Virus record (IMG/VR): IMGVR_UViG_3300032330_002177
Coordinates: 38,424 to 102,423 of that record
Source of the DNA: a virus
Lineage: Duplodnaviria; Caudoviricetes
Length of the DNA: 64,000 nt
Strand: one strand, 5' to 3'
The position numbers were made by a program, and so were the translations under genes. Below are positions 16,749 to 26,184 of the stretch, piece by piece. Positions within the stretch are counted from its first letter, which is position 1. Every line of letters starts with the position of its first letter. The notes below the pieces were generated by a model. The model made no database searches. It was given only the letters and a program-made list of their open reading frames with translations, and was not told the DNA's origin.

Positions 16749-16771
16749 TTATATAAGAAAAATAAGAAAGT

Positions 16772-16993
16772 ATGTATTTAAATGTCACAGAGTTAAATGA
16801 GTTAATTTACTCATTAGGAATTGCGGAAATGAAAGGTTCATTTGTAAATAAAGGAGTTAATAGTCGCTTACGTGATAAATTATCTTCAGAGTTAGAAAAA
16901 CGTAATGCTGAATTAGCAGAACAGTGTGAAAAAGATAAGATTGAACATGATATGAATTTCAAAAATGCTTATTACAGAAAGGGAGATTATTAA
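16772..16993 (+). CDS. hypothetical protein
   Basis: 73 aa ORF. Confidence 0.7.
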   Translation: MYLNVTELNELIYSLGIAEMKGSFVNKGVNSRLRDKLSSELEKRNAELAEQCEKDKIEHDMNFKNAYYRKGDY

Positions 16994-17020
16994 TCAATTA
17001 AAAATAAAAATTAAACAATT

Positions 17021-17266
17021 ATGGGATTTTATTACGACAAGAACTCTGACCAAGAAAGAATGTTAAACAAATTTGACAAAGTAACTAAACGTAACAAACA
17101 AGAGATGAATGAAGACCATCCAGATTTTGATCCAACAATGTTACCATTAGCTGAACAGTTCAAATATTGGGCTAAGAAAAATGAAATAACTCGCGCCGCT
17201 AAAGAAGTAGTAACTGATGAGCCTAAAAAATTATTAAACCATAATTACTCACATAGAAAAGCATAA
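17021..17266 (+). CDS. hypothetical protein
   Basis: 81 aa ORF. Confidence 0.7.
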   Translation: MGFYYDKNSDQERMLNKFDKVTKRNKQEMNEDHPDFDPTMLPLAEQFKYWAKKNEITRAAKEVVTDEPKKLLNHNYSHRKA

Positions 17267-17267
17267 T

Positions 17268-17507
17268 ATGAAAATACCTACAAACAGAAAGGTTTTAAGT
17301 AACACCATTAAGGAGTTAGATGAGATGGATTTAGTATTTTTGAGAGAAATGTTAGTGTCACGTTGTGAAGAAGTTCTTAATAATAAAGAACAAGTGAAAG
17401 CAGATTTACAATTCAGTTTTATATCTCCAAAATTGTATATTGATTCAATGGAAAATATTTTAAATAAAATTAAATTCGAAGACGAAATATGGAAAAAGAA
17501 TATATAG
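17268..17507 (+). CDS. hypothetical protein
   Basis: 79 aa ORF. Confidence 0.7.
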   Translation: MKIPTNRKVLSNTIKELDEMDLVFLREMLVSRCEEVLNNKEQVKADLQFSFISPKLYIDSMENILNKIKFEDEIWKKNI

Positions 17508-17689
17508 TATCACAAACCGAAGGAGAAAAAGTATTTAAGTTATCTAATATGGATGATTTTAAAGATTGTATTGAATGTAATGATGATGAATATTGGTCTC
17601 ATGTTGAGGGACAATTATTTACTGAGGATGAATTTAACATAGTAGATGGTGTAGCGTGTCCTATATTTCCAACATTAAATGATTTTTAA
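17489..17689 (+). CDS. hypothetical acidic protein
   Basis: 66 aa ORF. Confidence 0.65.
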   Translation: MEKEYIVSQTEGEKVFKLSNMDDFKDCIECNDDEYWSHVEGQLFTEDEFNIVDGVACPIFPTLNDF

Positions 17690-17700
17690 AAATAAATTAT

Positions 17701-17922
17701 ATGAAAAATAAATTAATTGTCGCTAGTATAATAATTTTTGTCTTATTACTTTTTTCAATAAATGTTATAAATAAAAATCATAAACCAGAGAAAATACAAT
17801 TATATACTATTTACGCTCCACCTTCTTATGATTCAATGGGTAATGTTACTATTACTAGTAAGATAATTGATCATGAACCTACACATCAAGACTCAATAGA
17901 AATTGGATTTATGTTTAAATAA
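17701..17922 (+). CDS. N-terminal TM/signal protein
   Basis: LIVASIIIFVLLLFSI. Confidence 0.65.
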   Translation: MKNKLIVASIIIFVLLLFSINVINKNHKPEKIQLYTIYAPPSYDSMGNVTITSKIIDHEPTHQDSIEIGFMFK

Positions 17923-17936
17923 TAAAAAATAAAGTT

Positions 17937-18128
17937 ATGAATTGTACAGTTGAACGACTTGAACAAATTGAACAAGAACGAGAACAAACTATGTCAAATC
18001 CTAATTATCAGAAATGGATACAAGAATTAAATATATCTAGATCTTATTCTGATCCGTCAGCTTATTTACAAGCCAAAGATATTGTTAGACAGTATGATTA
18101 TTCTAACTATCGATATAAAATAGCATAG
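17937..18128 (+). CDS. hypothetical protein
   Basis: 63 aa ORF. Confidence 0.7.
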   Translation: MNCTVERLEQIEQEREQTMSNPNYQKWIQELNISRSYSDPSAYLQAKDIVRQYDYSNYRYKIA

Positions 18129-18151
18129 TATAATTTTTTATAATATTTCAC

Positions 18152-18193
18152 AAGGAGCCAGGGCGATTGACCTGGGCTCCTTTGCTATCTTTA
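18152..18193 (+). terminator. terminator hairpin overlapping an early promoter
   Basis: AAGGAGCCAGG...CCTGGGCTCCTTT; TGACC-N13-TATCTTTA at 18168-18193. Confidence 0.65.
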
Positions 18194-18252
18194 TTATATG
18201 ATAAAAAAGGGGAACAAAAACGGTTACAAAAACGGAGAAAAAAAGAAAAAAA

Positions 18253-18278
18253 TGACCGCGATTGATTCAATAAATTTA
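18253..18278 (+). promoter_or_regulatory. conserved early-type promoter
   Basis: TGACC-N13-TAAATTTA. Confidence 0.75.
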
Positions 18279-18302
18279 AATATAAATAAAAAGACAAAAA
18301 AT

Positions 18303-19118
18303 ATGAACACAGGTAAAAAAAGAGGAAGACCAAGTATGAAAAATCAAGTAGCTAATTTTAATGTAGCTCCAGTTAGTATTAATTTTGATATCGTTAAGTT
18401 GAATAACTTAGATATTGATCCGAAAATGATGGAAACAATGGAAAGTGGAATGATGATTGATGATTTAATTTCACACGAAGGTGGTATACCATGTGCAACT
18501 AATATTATGTGTATAGGTGATCCGGGTGTTGGTAAAACAACTGTGTTATTAGATTTATTATCTGGTGTTCAAAATAGAGGTAGAAAATGTTTGTTTATTT
18601 CAGGTGAAATGGGTAAAAAACAAATGTTTAAATATACACAACGTTTTCCACAATTTGGTCAAATACAAACATTGTTTATGTCTGATTATTTAGATCATAA
18701 CACAAAAGACGTAATTGAACAAGTTATGAATATGGGTTGGGATTTGATTTTAATTGATAGTATTGCTGAGATTATTGATGGTGTTAGAGATGATAATAAA
18801 TGGGATCGTAAGCAAGCTGAATCATGGTTAGTTGATTTATGTTCTAGAAATAATAAAGGTGAGAATGTAACAAGTAAATATACATCGTTTTTATTAATTC
18901 AACAAGTTACTAAATCAGGTGAGTTTGTTGGTTCAAATAAATTGAAACACATGACCGACGCAATGATGGAAATGAGAAGAGAATCAGATAGAAATGGTGG
19001 TGGTACTTATATTAATTTCATCAAAAATAGAAATGGTAATGTTGATCAGAAATTTGGTTATGAATTACAAAACAATAGCATTTATTACGGAACATCAGTA
19101 AATGAAGAAGCTGAATAA
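18303..19118 (+). CDS. RadA/Sms-like RecA-fold ATPase with N-terminal AT-hook
   Basis: GDPGVGKT, ISGE, LILIDS, QVTKSGEFVG...KHMTDA, KNR; start ATG 18303. Confidence 0.85.
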   Translation: MNTGKKRGRPSMKNQVANFNVAPVSINFDIVKLNNLDIDPKMMETMESGMMIDDLISHEGGIPCATNIMCIGDPGVGKTTVLLDLLSGVQNRGRKCLFISGEMGKKQMFKYTQRFPQFGQIQTLFMSDYLDHNTKDVIEQVMNMGWDLILIDSIAEIIDGVRDDNKWDRKQAESWLVDLCSRNNKGENVTSKYTSFLLIQQVTKSGEFVGSNKLKHMTDAMMEMRRESDRNGGGTYINFIKNRNGNVDQKFGYELQNNSIYYGTSVNEEAE

Positions 19119-19121
19119 TTT

Positions 19122-19147
19122 TAACCTCAATTAATTACTTAAATTTA
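19122..19147 (+). promoter_or_regulatory. early-type promoter variant
   Basis: TAACC-N13-TAAATTTA. Confidence 0.6.
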
Positions 19148-19170
19148 ATTATAAATAAAAAATATAAAAC

Positions 19171-19374
19171 ATGGAAAAGATTTTAACAGGATTAGCAACA
19201 GTTATTGGAGGATTATTATTAGTAACATTATTATTAGGTTGGCCTTTAATGTTATTATGGAATTGGTTGATGCCGACAATATTTGGTTTACCAATTATAA
19301 CATTTTGGCAAGCAGTTGGATTGAATTTTTTAACTGGTATTTTATTTAATAGATCAACAACTAAAAATAATTAA
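19171..19374 (+). CDS. small membrane protein
   Basis: LWNWLMPTIFGLPIITFWQAVGL. Confidence 0.8.
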   Translation: MEKILTGLATVIGGLLLVTLLLGWPLMLLWNWLMPTIFGLPIITFWQAVGLNFLTGILFNRSTTKNN

Positions 19375-19375
19375 T

Positions 19376-19597
19376 ATGCAATTTGTAAAAGAAGATTTCG
19401 TTTGTAAACATGGTTTTTATTATGTAGGTCATATGATAGCAGAAGCTGAATGGGTTGATGAAGAACAATTAGAGCTTATTTTATTAGAACTAAATGCTGG
19501 TGTAACTGATAATATATCATTTTCAGTTCCAGGTAGAAAAGATATTATTTGGGTACCATTATTTAATTCAGAAACAAATTATATACACTTAAATTAA
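19376..19597 (+). CDS. hypothetical protein
   Basis: 73 aa ORF. Confidence 0.65.
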   Translation: MQFVKEDFVCKHGFYYVGHMIAEAEWVDEEQLELILLELNAGVTDNISFSVPGRKDIIWVPLFNSETNYIHLN

Positions 19598-19603
19598 AAT
19601 TAT

Positions 19604-20734
19604 ATGTTAAACAGAGTTATTGGAGTTGATTTCCAAACACGTTATAATAGTAAAACTCCAGAATGGATATTAACAAGTTATTGGGGAAATAATTTTTATT
19701 GGGCTAATCAACATGATGCTAAAGAATTATTAAATGTTATTGATCTTATTAAACAACAATCAAAACCTAATTTGAAAAAAGGTACAACTATATATGCTTC
19801 TAAAGCGAGTGAGATACCACGTTTTAAATTAAAGGAATTTATTAAAGATAATAACTTGAAAAAAACATCTCGTCATAAATACTCAGATGTAATTATTATT
19901 AATAAAGGATACTTTAATGAGTTGAGTAAATATATAAACATAGAAGAATATGATTTTTGTACTGAGTTTCATACTAAAAATAAAATAAAGAATTTAATAT
20001 CTAAAATAGACAGAAATAATAGTTCAGTTACAACTTATAATACTACTACAAATTATAATATGCTTGTTTATGTAAGAACTGATAGAAATAATTTAGAAAG
20101 AGAATTAAAGAGATCACAATCAATAAGACAAGAATATGAGCAATCTGTCCATAGTGAACTTGGAGTGTTATTTAATTTCTATAGAGAACATCGTTTAGTT
20201 GAGTTATTAACTATGTTAGTAGAAAATAAAGATAGAATTAAGAAAGGTTTAGTTAAATTTGTTTTTGATGAAGATTTTTTTGTTGATTTAAATAAAGATG
20301 GAATTGAACTTGATGATGACTATTTACAAACACTTAGAGATATGTTGTTCAGTTCTGATGAAGCAAATATTAAATTAGGATTTGAAATGATGTCTAATTT
20401 AGTAATTGATCAACCAACATTATTATCAATATCATTTCTACTAAATGAACTAGTACATACAACTAAATTCAGACCAAGTTATTATACATCGTCTAATACC
20501 AACTTAAAAAGTCTATTAAAAATGTTAAAAACAAAAGGCATATACTGGGATAGAGATTGGAAGACATTTGGTACAGGGTTGAGAATAAATTTCAAAGATG
20601 GTAAGGAAGGAGACATTGTTAAGAAGTTCTTATTAGACAATATTAATCGTGAATTTAAATTAAGTAACTCAGCTTCAGAAGCATTAGTTGATATAGTTTT
20701 TACGACCGAGGTAAACGAATTATCTTTAATATAA
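19604..20734 (+). CDS. hypothetical protein upstream of vWA/MoxR pair
   Basis: 376 aa; possible BRCT-like segment IPRFKLKEF...SDVIII. Confidence 0.7.
   Translation: MLNRVIGVDFQTRYNSKTPEWILTSYWGNNFYWANQHDAKELLNVIDLIKQQSKPNLKKGTTIYASKASEIPRFKLKEFIKDNNLKKTSRHKYSDVIIINKGYFNELSKYINIEEYDFCTEFHTKNKIKNLISKIDRNNSSVTTYNTTTNYNMLVYVRTDRNNLERELKRSQSIRQEYEQSVHSELGVLFNFYREHRLVELLTMLVENKDRIKKGLVKFVFDEDFFVDLNKDGIELDDDYLQTLRDMLFSSDEANIKLGFEMMSNLVIDQPTLLSISFLLNELVHTTKFRPSYYTSSNTNLKSLLKMLKTKGIYWDRDWKTFGTGLRINFKDGKEGDIVKKFLLDNINREFKLSNSASEALVDIVFTTEVNELSLI
20703..20728 (+). promoter_or_regulatory. early-type promoter variant
   Basis: CGACC-N13-TATCTTTA. Confidence 0.65.
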
Positions 20735-20744
20735 AATAAATAAT

Positions 20745-21983
20745 ATGATAAATGATATGCACGGCGACATCGCCAAACACTCAAAAACATTAATGTTCAA
20801 AGAACCATTTTATGGATTGTTCTTAATTGGACTAAACAAAGAAATTAGTGACGCAGTTGGAACTGCTTGTGTAGCTAAAGATGGTATTAATACTAAATTA
20901 GTTATCAGTCCTAAATTTTGGGAGACAATAAGTGATAAATGTAAAGTGGCTGTTTTAAAACATGAATTGTTACATATAGCGTTTAAACACTTACAAATGT
21001 TCGATCTATATGAGAATAAAGAATTATTAAATGTAGCTGCTGATTTAGAAATTAATCAATACATTGATAAGGAATTTAAAGATGATACTTGGGAAGGATT
21101 AGAAATTGATGGTAAAATGTTTATTGATCTTAAATTACCGGAAAAAGCAGGTACTAGAAAGTATTATGAGTTATTAGATAAAGAAATAAAACAAAATCCG
21201 AATTGTGATTTAGCTAAGTTTTTAGAGGCTATGAAAGGTGCTAATAGTGATGGTGAAACAAGAGAAATAACATTAGGTGATGGTACTAAAGTACAAGTTA
21301 AAGGTTCTCATGAGTTTTGGAAACAATTTGAAAATATGGATGAGGCAGAAAAGAAATTGATGGAAAAACAAATTGAACATCAACTTAGAGATACAGCTGA
21401 CCAAGTACAAAAACAAAGAGGACATATACCAGGTGAATTAAAAGAATTGATTGATAGTTTATATGTTAGTGAAGAACCAGTACTTGATTGGAGAGCTTAT
21501 TTAAGACGTTTTAATGGTATGGCATCTAAAATCTATACTAAAAAAACAAGACGTAAACCGAATAAACGTTTTTATGGTAATCCAGCTCTTAAAATAAAAC
21601 AAAAGAAAAATACATTAGTTGCTATTGATACATCAGGTTCAGTTAGTAAAGACGATTTAAAGGAGTTTTTAAGTGAAATACATCATATATATAAAACAGG
21701 AACTCAAGTAACTGTAGTTGAATGTGATGCTTCAATTGGCCGTGTTTATGAATATAAAGGTAAAACACAAGAAGCTCAAGAAGTAACAGGTCGTGGTGGT
21801 ACAAGTTATGATCCAGTACTTAATTACTTACAAGAAAATAGAGATAAATATCAGAACTTAATTTACTTAACTGATGGTGAATGTGAAACAAATATTAAAC
21901 CATGTAAACCAACATTATGGGTTCATTGTTCAGGAAGAAGTGTTAATGACTCATTACCAGGAGCTAAAGTTCAAATTAAATAA
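20745..21983 (+). CDS. DUF2201-type metallopeptidase-vWA protein
   Basis: HELLH...NVAADLEIN; MIDAS DTSGS; GRGGT; LTDG. Confidence 0.9.
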   Translation: MINDMHGDIAKHSKTLMFKEPFYGLFLIGLNKEISDAVGTACVAKDGINTKLVISPKFWETISDKCKVAVLKHELLHIAFKHLQMFDLYENKELLNVAADLEINQYIDKEFKDDTWEGLEIDGKMFIDLKLPEKAGTRKYYELLDKEIKQNPNCDLAKFLEAMKGANSDGETREITLGDGTKVQVKGSHEFWKQFENMDEAEKKLMEKQIEHQLRDTADQVQKQRGHIPGELKELIDSLYVSEEPVLDWRAYLRRFNGMASKIYTKKTRRKPNKRFYGNPALKIKQKKNTLVAIDTSGSVSKDDLKEFLSEIHHIYKTGTQVTVVECDASIGRVYEYKGKTQEAQEVTGRGGTSYDPVLNYLQENRDKYQNLIYLTDGECETNIKPCKPTLWVHCSGRSVNDSLPGAKVQIK

Positions 21984-22009
21984 TGACCTCAATAAATAAA
22001 TTATATTTA
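21984..22009 (+). promoter_or_regulatory. conserved early-type promoter
   Basis: TGACC-N13-TATATTTA. Confidence 0.7.
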
Positions 22010-22043
22010 ATTATAAGAAAAAAATAAAAAAAAATAATAAGTT

Positions 22044-23237
22044 ATGGCTAAAAAAACAACAAACAAACAGAACGCAACTGTATCATTAAATGTTAATGAA
22101 TTAAAAGATTTTTTGAAACACATTATTGACAACAACCGTTACTTACAAGAAAATAATAAGCCGATGGTTAGTACAGAAGTAATTGGTGATTCAGGTATTG
22201 GTAAAACATCATCTATTGTTCAGTTAGCAGATGAATTAGGATTGAATTTCGTTAAATTGAACTTAGCACAGATTGAAGAGATAGGTGACTTAGTTGGTTT
22301 TCCAATTAGACAATTCCAAATGAATGAAGGTAAAAATATTGAATGGGTTGATGAGAATAGTGTTGATGATTATAGAAAGAAAGGATTTGAGTCAACAGGA
22401 TTAAACCGTATGAGTTATTGCCCACCAGAATGGATTAGTGGAAAAACAAATGGTGGTATATTATTATTAGATGACTGGAATAGAGCTGATATGAGATTCA
22501 TTCAAGCTGTAATGGAGTTAATTGATAGACAACAATATATAAGTTGGAAATTACCTAAAGATTGGCATATCATTTTAACTGCTAATCCTGATAATGGAGA
22601 TTATTTAGTTAACAGTATTGATAACGCTCAAAAAACAAGATTTATTAGTGTTAACTTGAAATTTGATCTTAAATGTTGGGGTAAGTGGGCTGAAGAAAAT
22701 AAATTAGATGGTAGATGTATTAACTTTTTATTGATGCATCCGGAACTAGTTACTAAAGAAATTAATAGTAGAAGTGTTAGTATGTTCTTTAATAGCATTA
22801 GTTCACTTAAATCATTTGAAGATTCATTACCATTAATTCAAATGATTGGAGAAGGTTCAGTTGGAAGTGAATTTAGTACTTTGTTTACAATGTTCATTAA
22901 TAATAAATTGGATAAAATGATTTCACCAGAAAACATTATGACACAAGATGAACATTATGTGATGAATACACTTAAAGGATTAGTTGGTAAAGATAATGCT
23001 TATAGAGCAGATATTGCCGCTACATTAGGAACTAGATTAGCTAACTATTTAGAGTTTTTTGCTAAAGATAATAAAATTGAAAAAGATAGTATTGATCGTA
23101 TTTCTAAAATTGTAACGGAAAAAATATTTGCTACAGATGTGAGTTATAATATGATTAAATCAATTTATAATAGTAATCCAGGTAAGTTTAAATTAATGAT
23201 GTTGAATAAAGAATTAGTTAAATATATTACTAAATAG
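22044..23237 (+). CDS. MoxR-like AAA+ ATPase
   Basis: GDSGIGKT, GDLVGFP, LLLDDWNRA, TANP, AQKTRF. Confidence 0.9.
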   Translation: MAKKTTNKQNATVSLNVNELKDFLKHIIDNNRYLQENNKPMVSTEVIGDSGIGKTSSIVQLADELGLNFVKLNLAQIEEIGDLVGFPIRQFQMNEGKNIEWVDENSVDDYRKKGFESTGLNRMSYCPPEWISGKTNGGILLLDDWNRADMRFIQAVMELIDRQQYISWKLPKDWHIILTANPDNGDYLVNSIDNAQKTRFISVNLKFDLKCWGKWAEENKLDGRCINFLLMHPELVTKEINSRSVSMFFNSISSLKSFEDSLPLIQMIGEGSVGSEFSTLFTMFINNKLDKMISPENIMTQDEHYVMNTLKGLVGKDNAYRADIAATLGTRLANYLEFFAKDNKIEKDSIDRISKIVTEKIFATDVSYNMIKSIYNSNPGKFKLMMLNKELVKYITK

Positions 23238-23261
23238 TTTTTAGCCATAATAAATAATGTT

Positions 23262-23287
23262 AGCCCAATTCGAAAGAATTGGGTTTT
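23262..23287 (+). terminator. intrinsic terminator
   Basis: AGCCCAATTC-GAAA-GAATTGGGTT-TT. Confidence 0.8.
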
Positions 23288-23477
23288 AACATGATTAATA
23301 ACCGATTTAAACCATTAAAATTTGATCCTCGTATATATTTATATGCTAACCAATAACACCGTTAAATCCCCGGTAAAGGCCGTTGAAAATTTTTGGCTGA
23401 CCTCCATAATAAAGTTTGGCCTCCCAGAGAATTTTCCATATTTTTTATTTAACATTAATAAATTAAATTAGTTACTT

Positions 23478-23795
23478 ATGAGTAATGATGGAATGAATAG
23501 AGGAGTAGGAGTTAGGATAATGACATTAAGTGGATGTGATTATTGTATGTGGCTGAAGAGTGAATTAGATGGGTTAGGAATATCCTACATTAATATAGAT
23601 GCTGATGAACATACTGTTTTCGCTGATAATATAGAACAGAAATTCGGAGTTGAACATTATCCAATAGTATTCATAGATTCACAATCTGAAATTATAACTA
23701 TCCTCTCAGAAACGAACTTGGAAACATCAGATACATTACGTACATTTGACACGATACCACATTTAGTCGGTATCATAAAATCATATATAAAATGA
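23478..23795 (+). CDS. glutaredoxin-like protein
   Basis: GCDYC and YPIV. Confidence 0.8.
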   Translation: MSNDGMNRGVGVRIMTLSGCDYCMWLKSELDGLGISYINIDADEHTVFADNIEQKFGVEHYPIVFIDSQSEIITILSETNLETSDTLRTFDTIPHLVGIIKSYIK

Positions 23796-23971
23796 GATAT
23801 AAACAATTAACACAAGACAAATTAGATCAACTTGAGAACATGTTAAATGGATTTCAAGCGCAATTTTCAAATCCTAACTTTAATATCATGACAGCCAAAG
23901 AAATGGTTAGTAAAATGAAAGATAAAGTTGAAGAAGTTAGATCACTAATTAATGGAGAACAACAAAATTAA
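23792..23971 (+). CDS. 59 aa helical protein (not in ORF track)
   Basis: MRYKQLTQDKLDQLENML...; ATGA overlap. Confidence 0.65.
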   Translation: MRYKQLTQDKLDQLENMLNGFQAQFSNPNFNIMTAKEMVSKMKDKVEEVRSLINGEQQN

Positions 23972-23991
23972 TTCATATTTAAATAAAAGTT

Positions 23992-24765
23992 ATGTTAACA
24001 CCAGAACAAATTAAAAATAATTGGGATAAATTTCTCAGCTATATTGACACTCACATTCCATTTTCACGAGGTAAACAACTTAAAGAATTCTACCTTAAAT
24101 ATGAAGAACGTTTCATAATGATGCCCGCGTCTCATAAGTCGCAATACCATAACTGTTTTCCAGGTGGTTATATTGATCATGTAAATAGAGTAGTTGAAGC
24201 GGCTCTTAAGTTAGATGAAGTATGGCGCTCATTTGGAATGATAGATACTTACACAACTGAGGAACTTGTATTCTCAGCTATCAATCATGATTTAGGTAAA
24301 TTTGGAGATGAACAGAACGCATCATATATTGAACAGACAGATCAATGGAGACGAGATAAACTAAACGAAACTTATATGTTTAACGATCGTTTAGAATATA
24401 TGACTGTTCCTGATCGCGGTTTGTATTTACTAATTAGTAATGGTATTATACCTACTAAGAACGAAATGATCGCTATAAAAACACATGATGGACTATATGA
24501 GGAATCAAATAAGGCTTACTTAATGGGTTTTACACCTGAAACTAAGCCCCGTACTTCGTTAGTATATGTTTTACATCAGGCTGATTTATTAGCTGCTCGT
24601 GTTGAATTTGAAATTGAGTGGTTACCTAAATTATTAGGACCACGTGTTGAAAAACCGGCTAAAGAAACTAATTTTAGTCTAAATAAAAATAATAGTAATG
24701 TTAAAGCAAAGGCTATGAAAAAATTAGCTAATCCTGCTTTAGCAGATATAATGAAAAATTTATAA
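23992..24765 (+). CDS. HD-domain phosphohydrolase (YhaM-like)
   Basis: PAS...HNCFPGGYIDH, HDLGK, HDG, LHQAD. Confidence 0.88.
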   Translation: MLTPEQIKNNWDKFLSYIDTHIPFSRGKQLKEFYLKYEERFIMMPASHKSQYHNCFPGGYIDHVNRVVEAALKLDEVWRSFGMIDTYTTEELVFSAINHDLGKFGDEQNASYIEQTDQWRRDKLNETYMFNDRLEYMTVPDRGLYLLISNGIIPTKNEMIAIKTHDGLYEESNKAYLMGFTPETKPRTSLVYVLHQADLLAARVEFEIEWLPKLLGPRVEKPAKETNFSLNKNNSNVKAKAMKKLANPALADIMKNL

Positions 24766-24766
24766 T

Positions 24767-25042
24767 ATGGTACTAGGAATTATTGCAATTGTATTATGGG
24801 TCGCTACTATCGCGGGATTTATTATTTACAATTTAAATCAAAAAGTAGTTAAATTAGAAGAAATAGCTATCAAACAACAAACTATCATTGATAGTATTTC
24901 AGCTATTGTTGATGAATCAAATAAACAACTTAATGCTATTGATTTAACTGAAGCGTTTAAATCAGACGATCAAATAGGTTTTTTCTTCCGTAATTTACAA
25001 AATATACAAGATTCATTAAATCACTATCTTAAGAATAAATAA
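24767..25042 (+). CDS. TM plus coiled-coil protein
   Basis: N-terminal hydrophobic helix followed by heptads. Confidence 0.7.
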   Translation: MVLGIIAIVLWVATIAGFIIYNLNQKVVKLEEIAIKQQTIIDSISAIVDESNKQLNAIDLTEAFKSDDQIGFFFRNLQNIQDSLNHYLKNK

Positions 25043-25043
25043 T

Positions 25044-25796
25044 ATGGCTGAAGAAATATTACTAACTAAAAAAGGAACTGTACGTAAACGTAAGCCAAAA
25101 AAGGCTAATATTTACTTTACTCAAGAAACTGAAGATGCCATATTAGAATATCTCAGAACAAAAAATCAAGCTAAACGAAATCAAATTTTTAATGAAAAAA
25201 TTAATTACTCCTTTCATAAACTGGCTGAGAATATCATACACACTTTTAAGTTTTACTATACAGAAGTGGATACAATACCTGAACTCCAACATGAAGTAGT
25301 AGCGTTTCTACTTGAAAAATTACATTTATATGATCAAACTAAAGGAAAAGCTTTTTCTTACTTTGGTACTATCGCTAAGCGCTATCTTATCTTATATAAT
25401 AATGCTAACTATAAAAAATTAAAAGATAAAGCATCTATTGACGCTATTGATGAGGATAAATCTATTTTAGTTGATTTAGTAAATAATCATAATGATAACT
25501 ATAAATTAGATAAAGTATCTCATTTTCTAAAACAATTTACACAATATATTGATAGTAAAATATTTTCTTTATTTCCAAAACAACGTGATGCTCAAATAGC
25601 AGATGCTATAAATGAGTTATTTAAGAAAAGTGAAAATTTAGATATATTTAATAAAAAAGCACTTTACATATACATAAAGGAAATAACAGACGCGTCAACC
25701 CCTCAAATAACTAAAATTATAAAGCGTTTAAAAGTGATATATATTCATAAGTATAATGAATTTTATGAACATGGATATATAAGTCTTAAGAATTAA
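25044..25796 (+). CDS. phage sigma factor, T4 gp55-like
   Basis: region-2-like KLAENII...LEKLHLYDQTKGKAFSYFGTIAKRYL. Confidence 0.75.
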   Translation: MAEEILLTKKGTVRKRKPKKANIYFTQETEDAILEYLRTKNQAKRNQIFNEKINYSFHKLAENIIHTFKFYYTEVDTIPELQHEVVAFLLEKLHLYDQTKGKAFSYFGTIAKRYLILYNNANYKKLKDKASIDAIDEDKSILVDLVNNHNDNYKLDKVSHFLKQFTQYIDSKIFSLFPKQRDAQIADAINELFKKSENLDIFNKKALYIYIKEITDASTPQITKIIKRLKVIYIHKYNEFYEHGYISLKN

Positions 25797-25811
25797 TCTT
25801 TTATATTTTCC

Positions 25812-25819
25812 ATATTTAT
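25812..25819 (+). promoter_or_regulatory. putative late promoter ATATTTAT
   Basis: same 8-mer in intergenic gaps at 2980, 3769, 23335, 32743, 35551, 43367, 46125, 50351, 54287, 54967, 62048. Confidence 0.5.
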
Positions 25820-25833
25820 ATTAAACAATCAAT

Positions 25834-26184
25834 ATGGATTTTAATCAAGTTTTATTTAAAGACAAAACATTCGCTAACCTACTTGAAGATATATACAAGA
25901 ACGCGAGTCGTAAGGAAAAAGAAATTAAAGCATTAATCGATCAACTGAAACCTATGATACAGGAACCAGGTGACGCGATGATGCTTGTTCCTTTGTTAAA
26001 AGAATATATGGAATTATCTATTAAGAATGATGACGCCTTAATCAAAATGGCAGGAATTGTTCAACGCGCTATGTCTAATAGTGGTGATAGTGGTGATGGT
26101 AATATGTTAAGTGATAGAGATAAAGAATTATTATTCCAAGAAATTAATAATGTATCTATTAAACAAATAGGAAATGGGAGCTGA
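25834..26184 (+). CDS. hypothetical helical protein
   Basis: 116 aa ORF. Confidence 0.75.
   Translation: MDFNQVLFKDKTFANLLEDIYKNASRKEKEIKALIDQLKPMIQEPGDAMMLVPLLKEYMELSIKNDDALIKMAGIVQRAMSNSGDSGDGNMLSDRDKELLFQEINNVSIKQIGNGS

Noticed and set aside
18198-18302. N-terminal extension of the RadA-like ORF
   Set aside because: It spans a promoter and A-tracts, and ATG 18303 fits better; the same applies to the 15036 and 62616 starts
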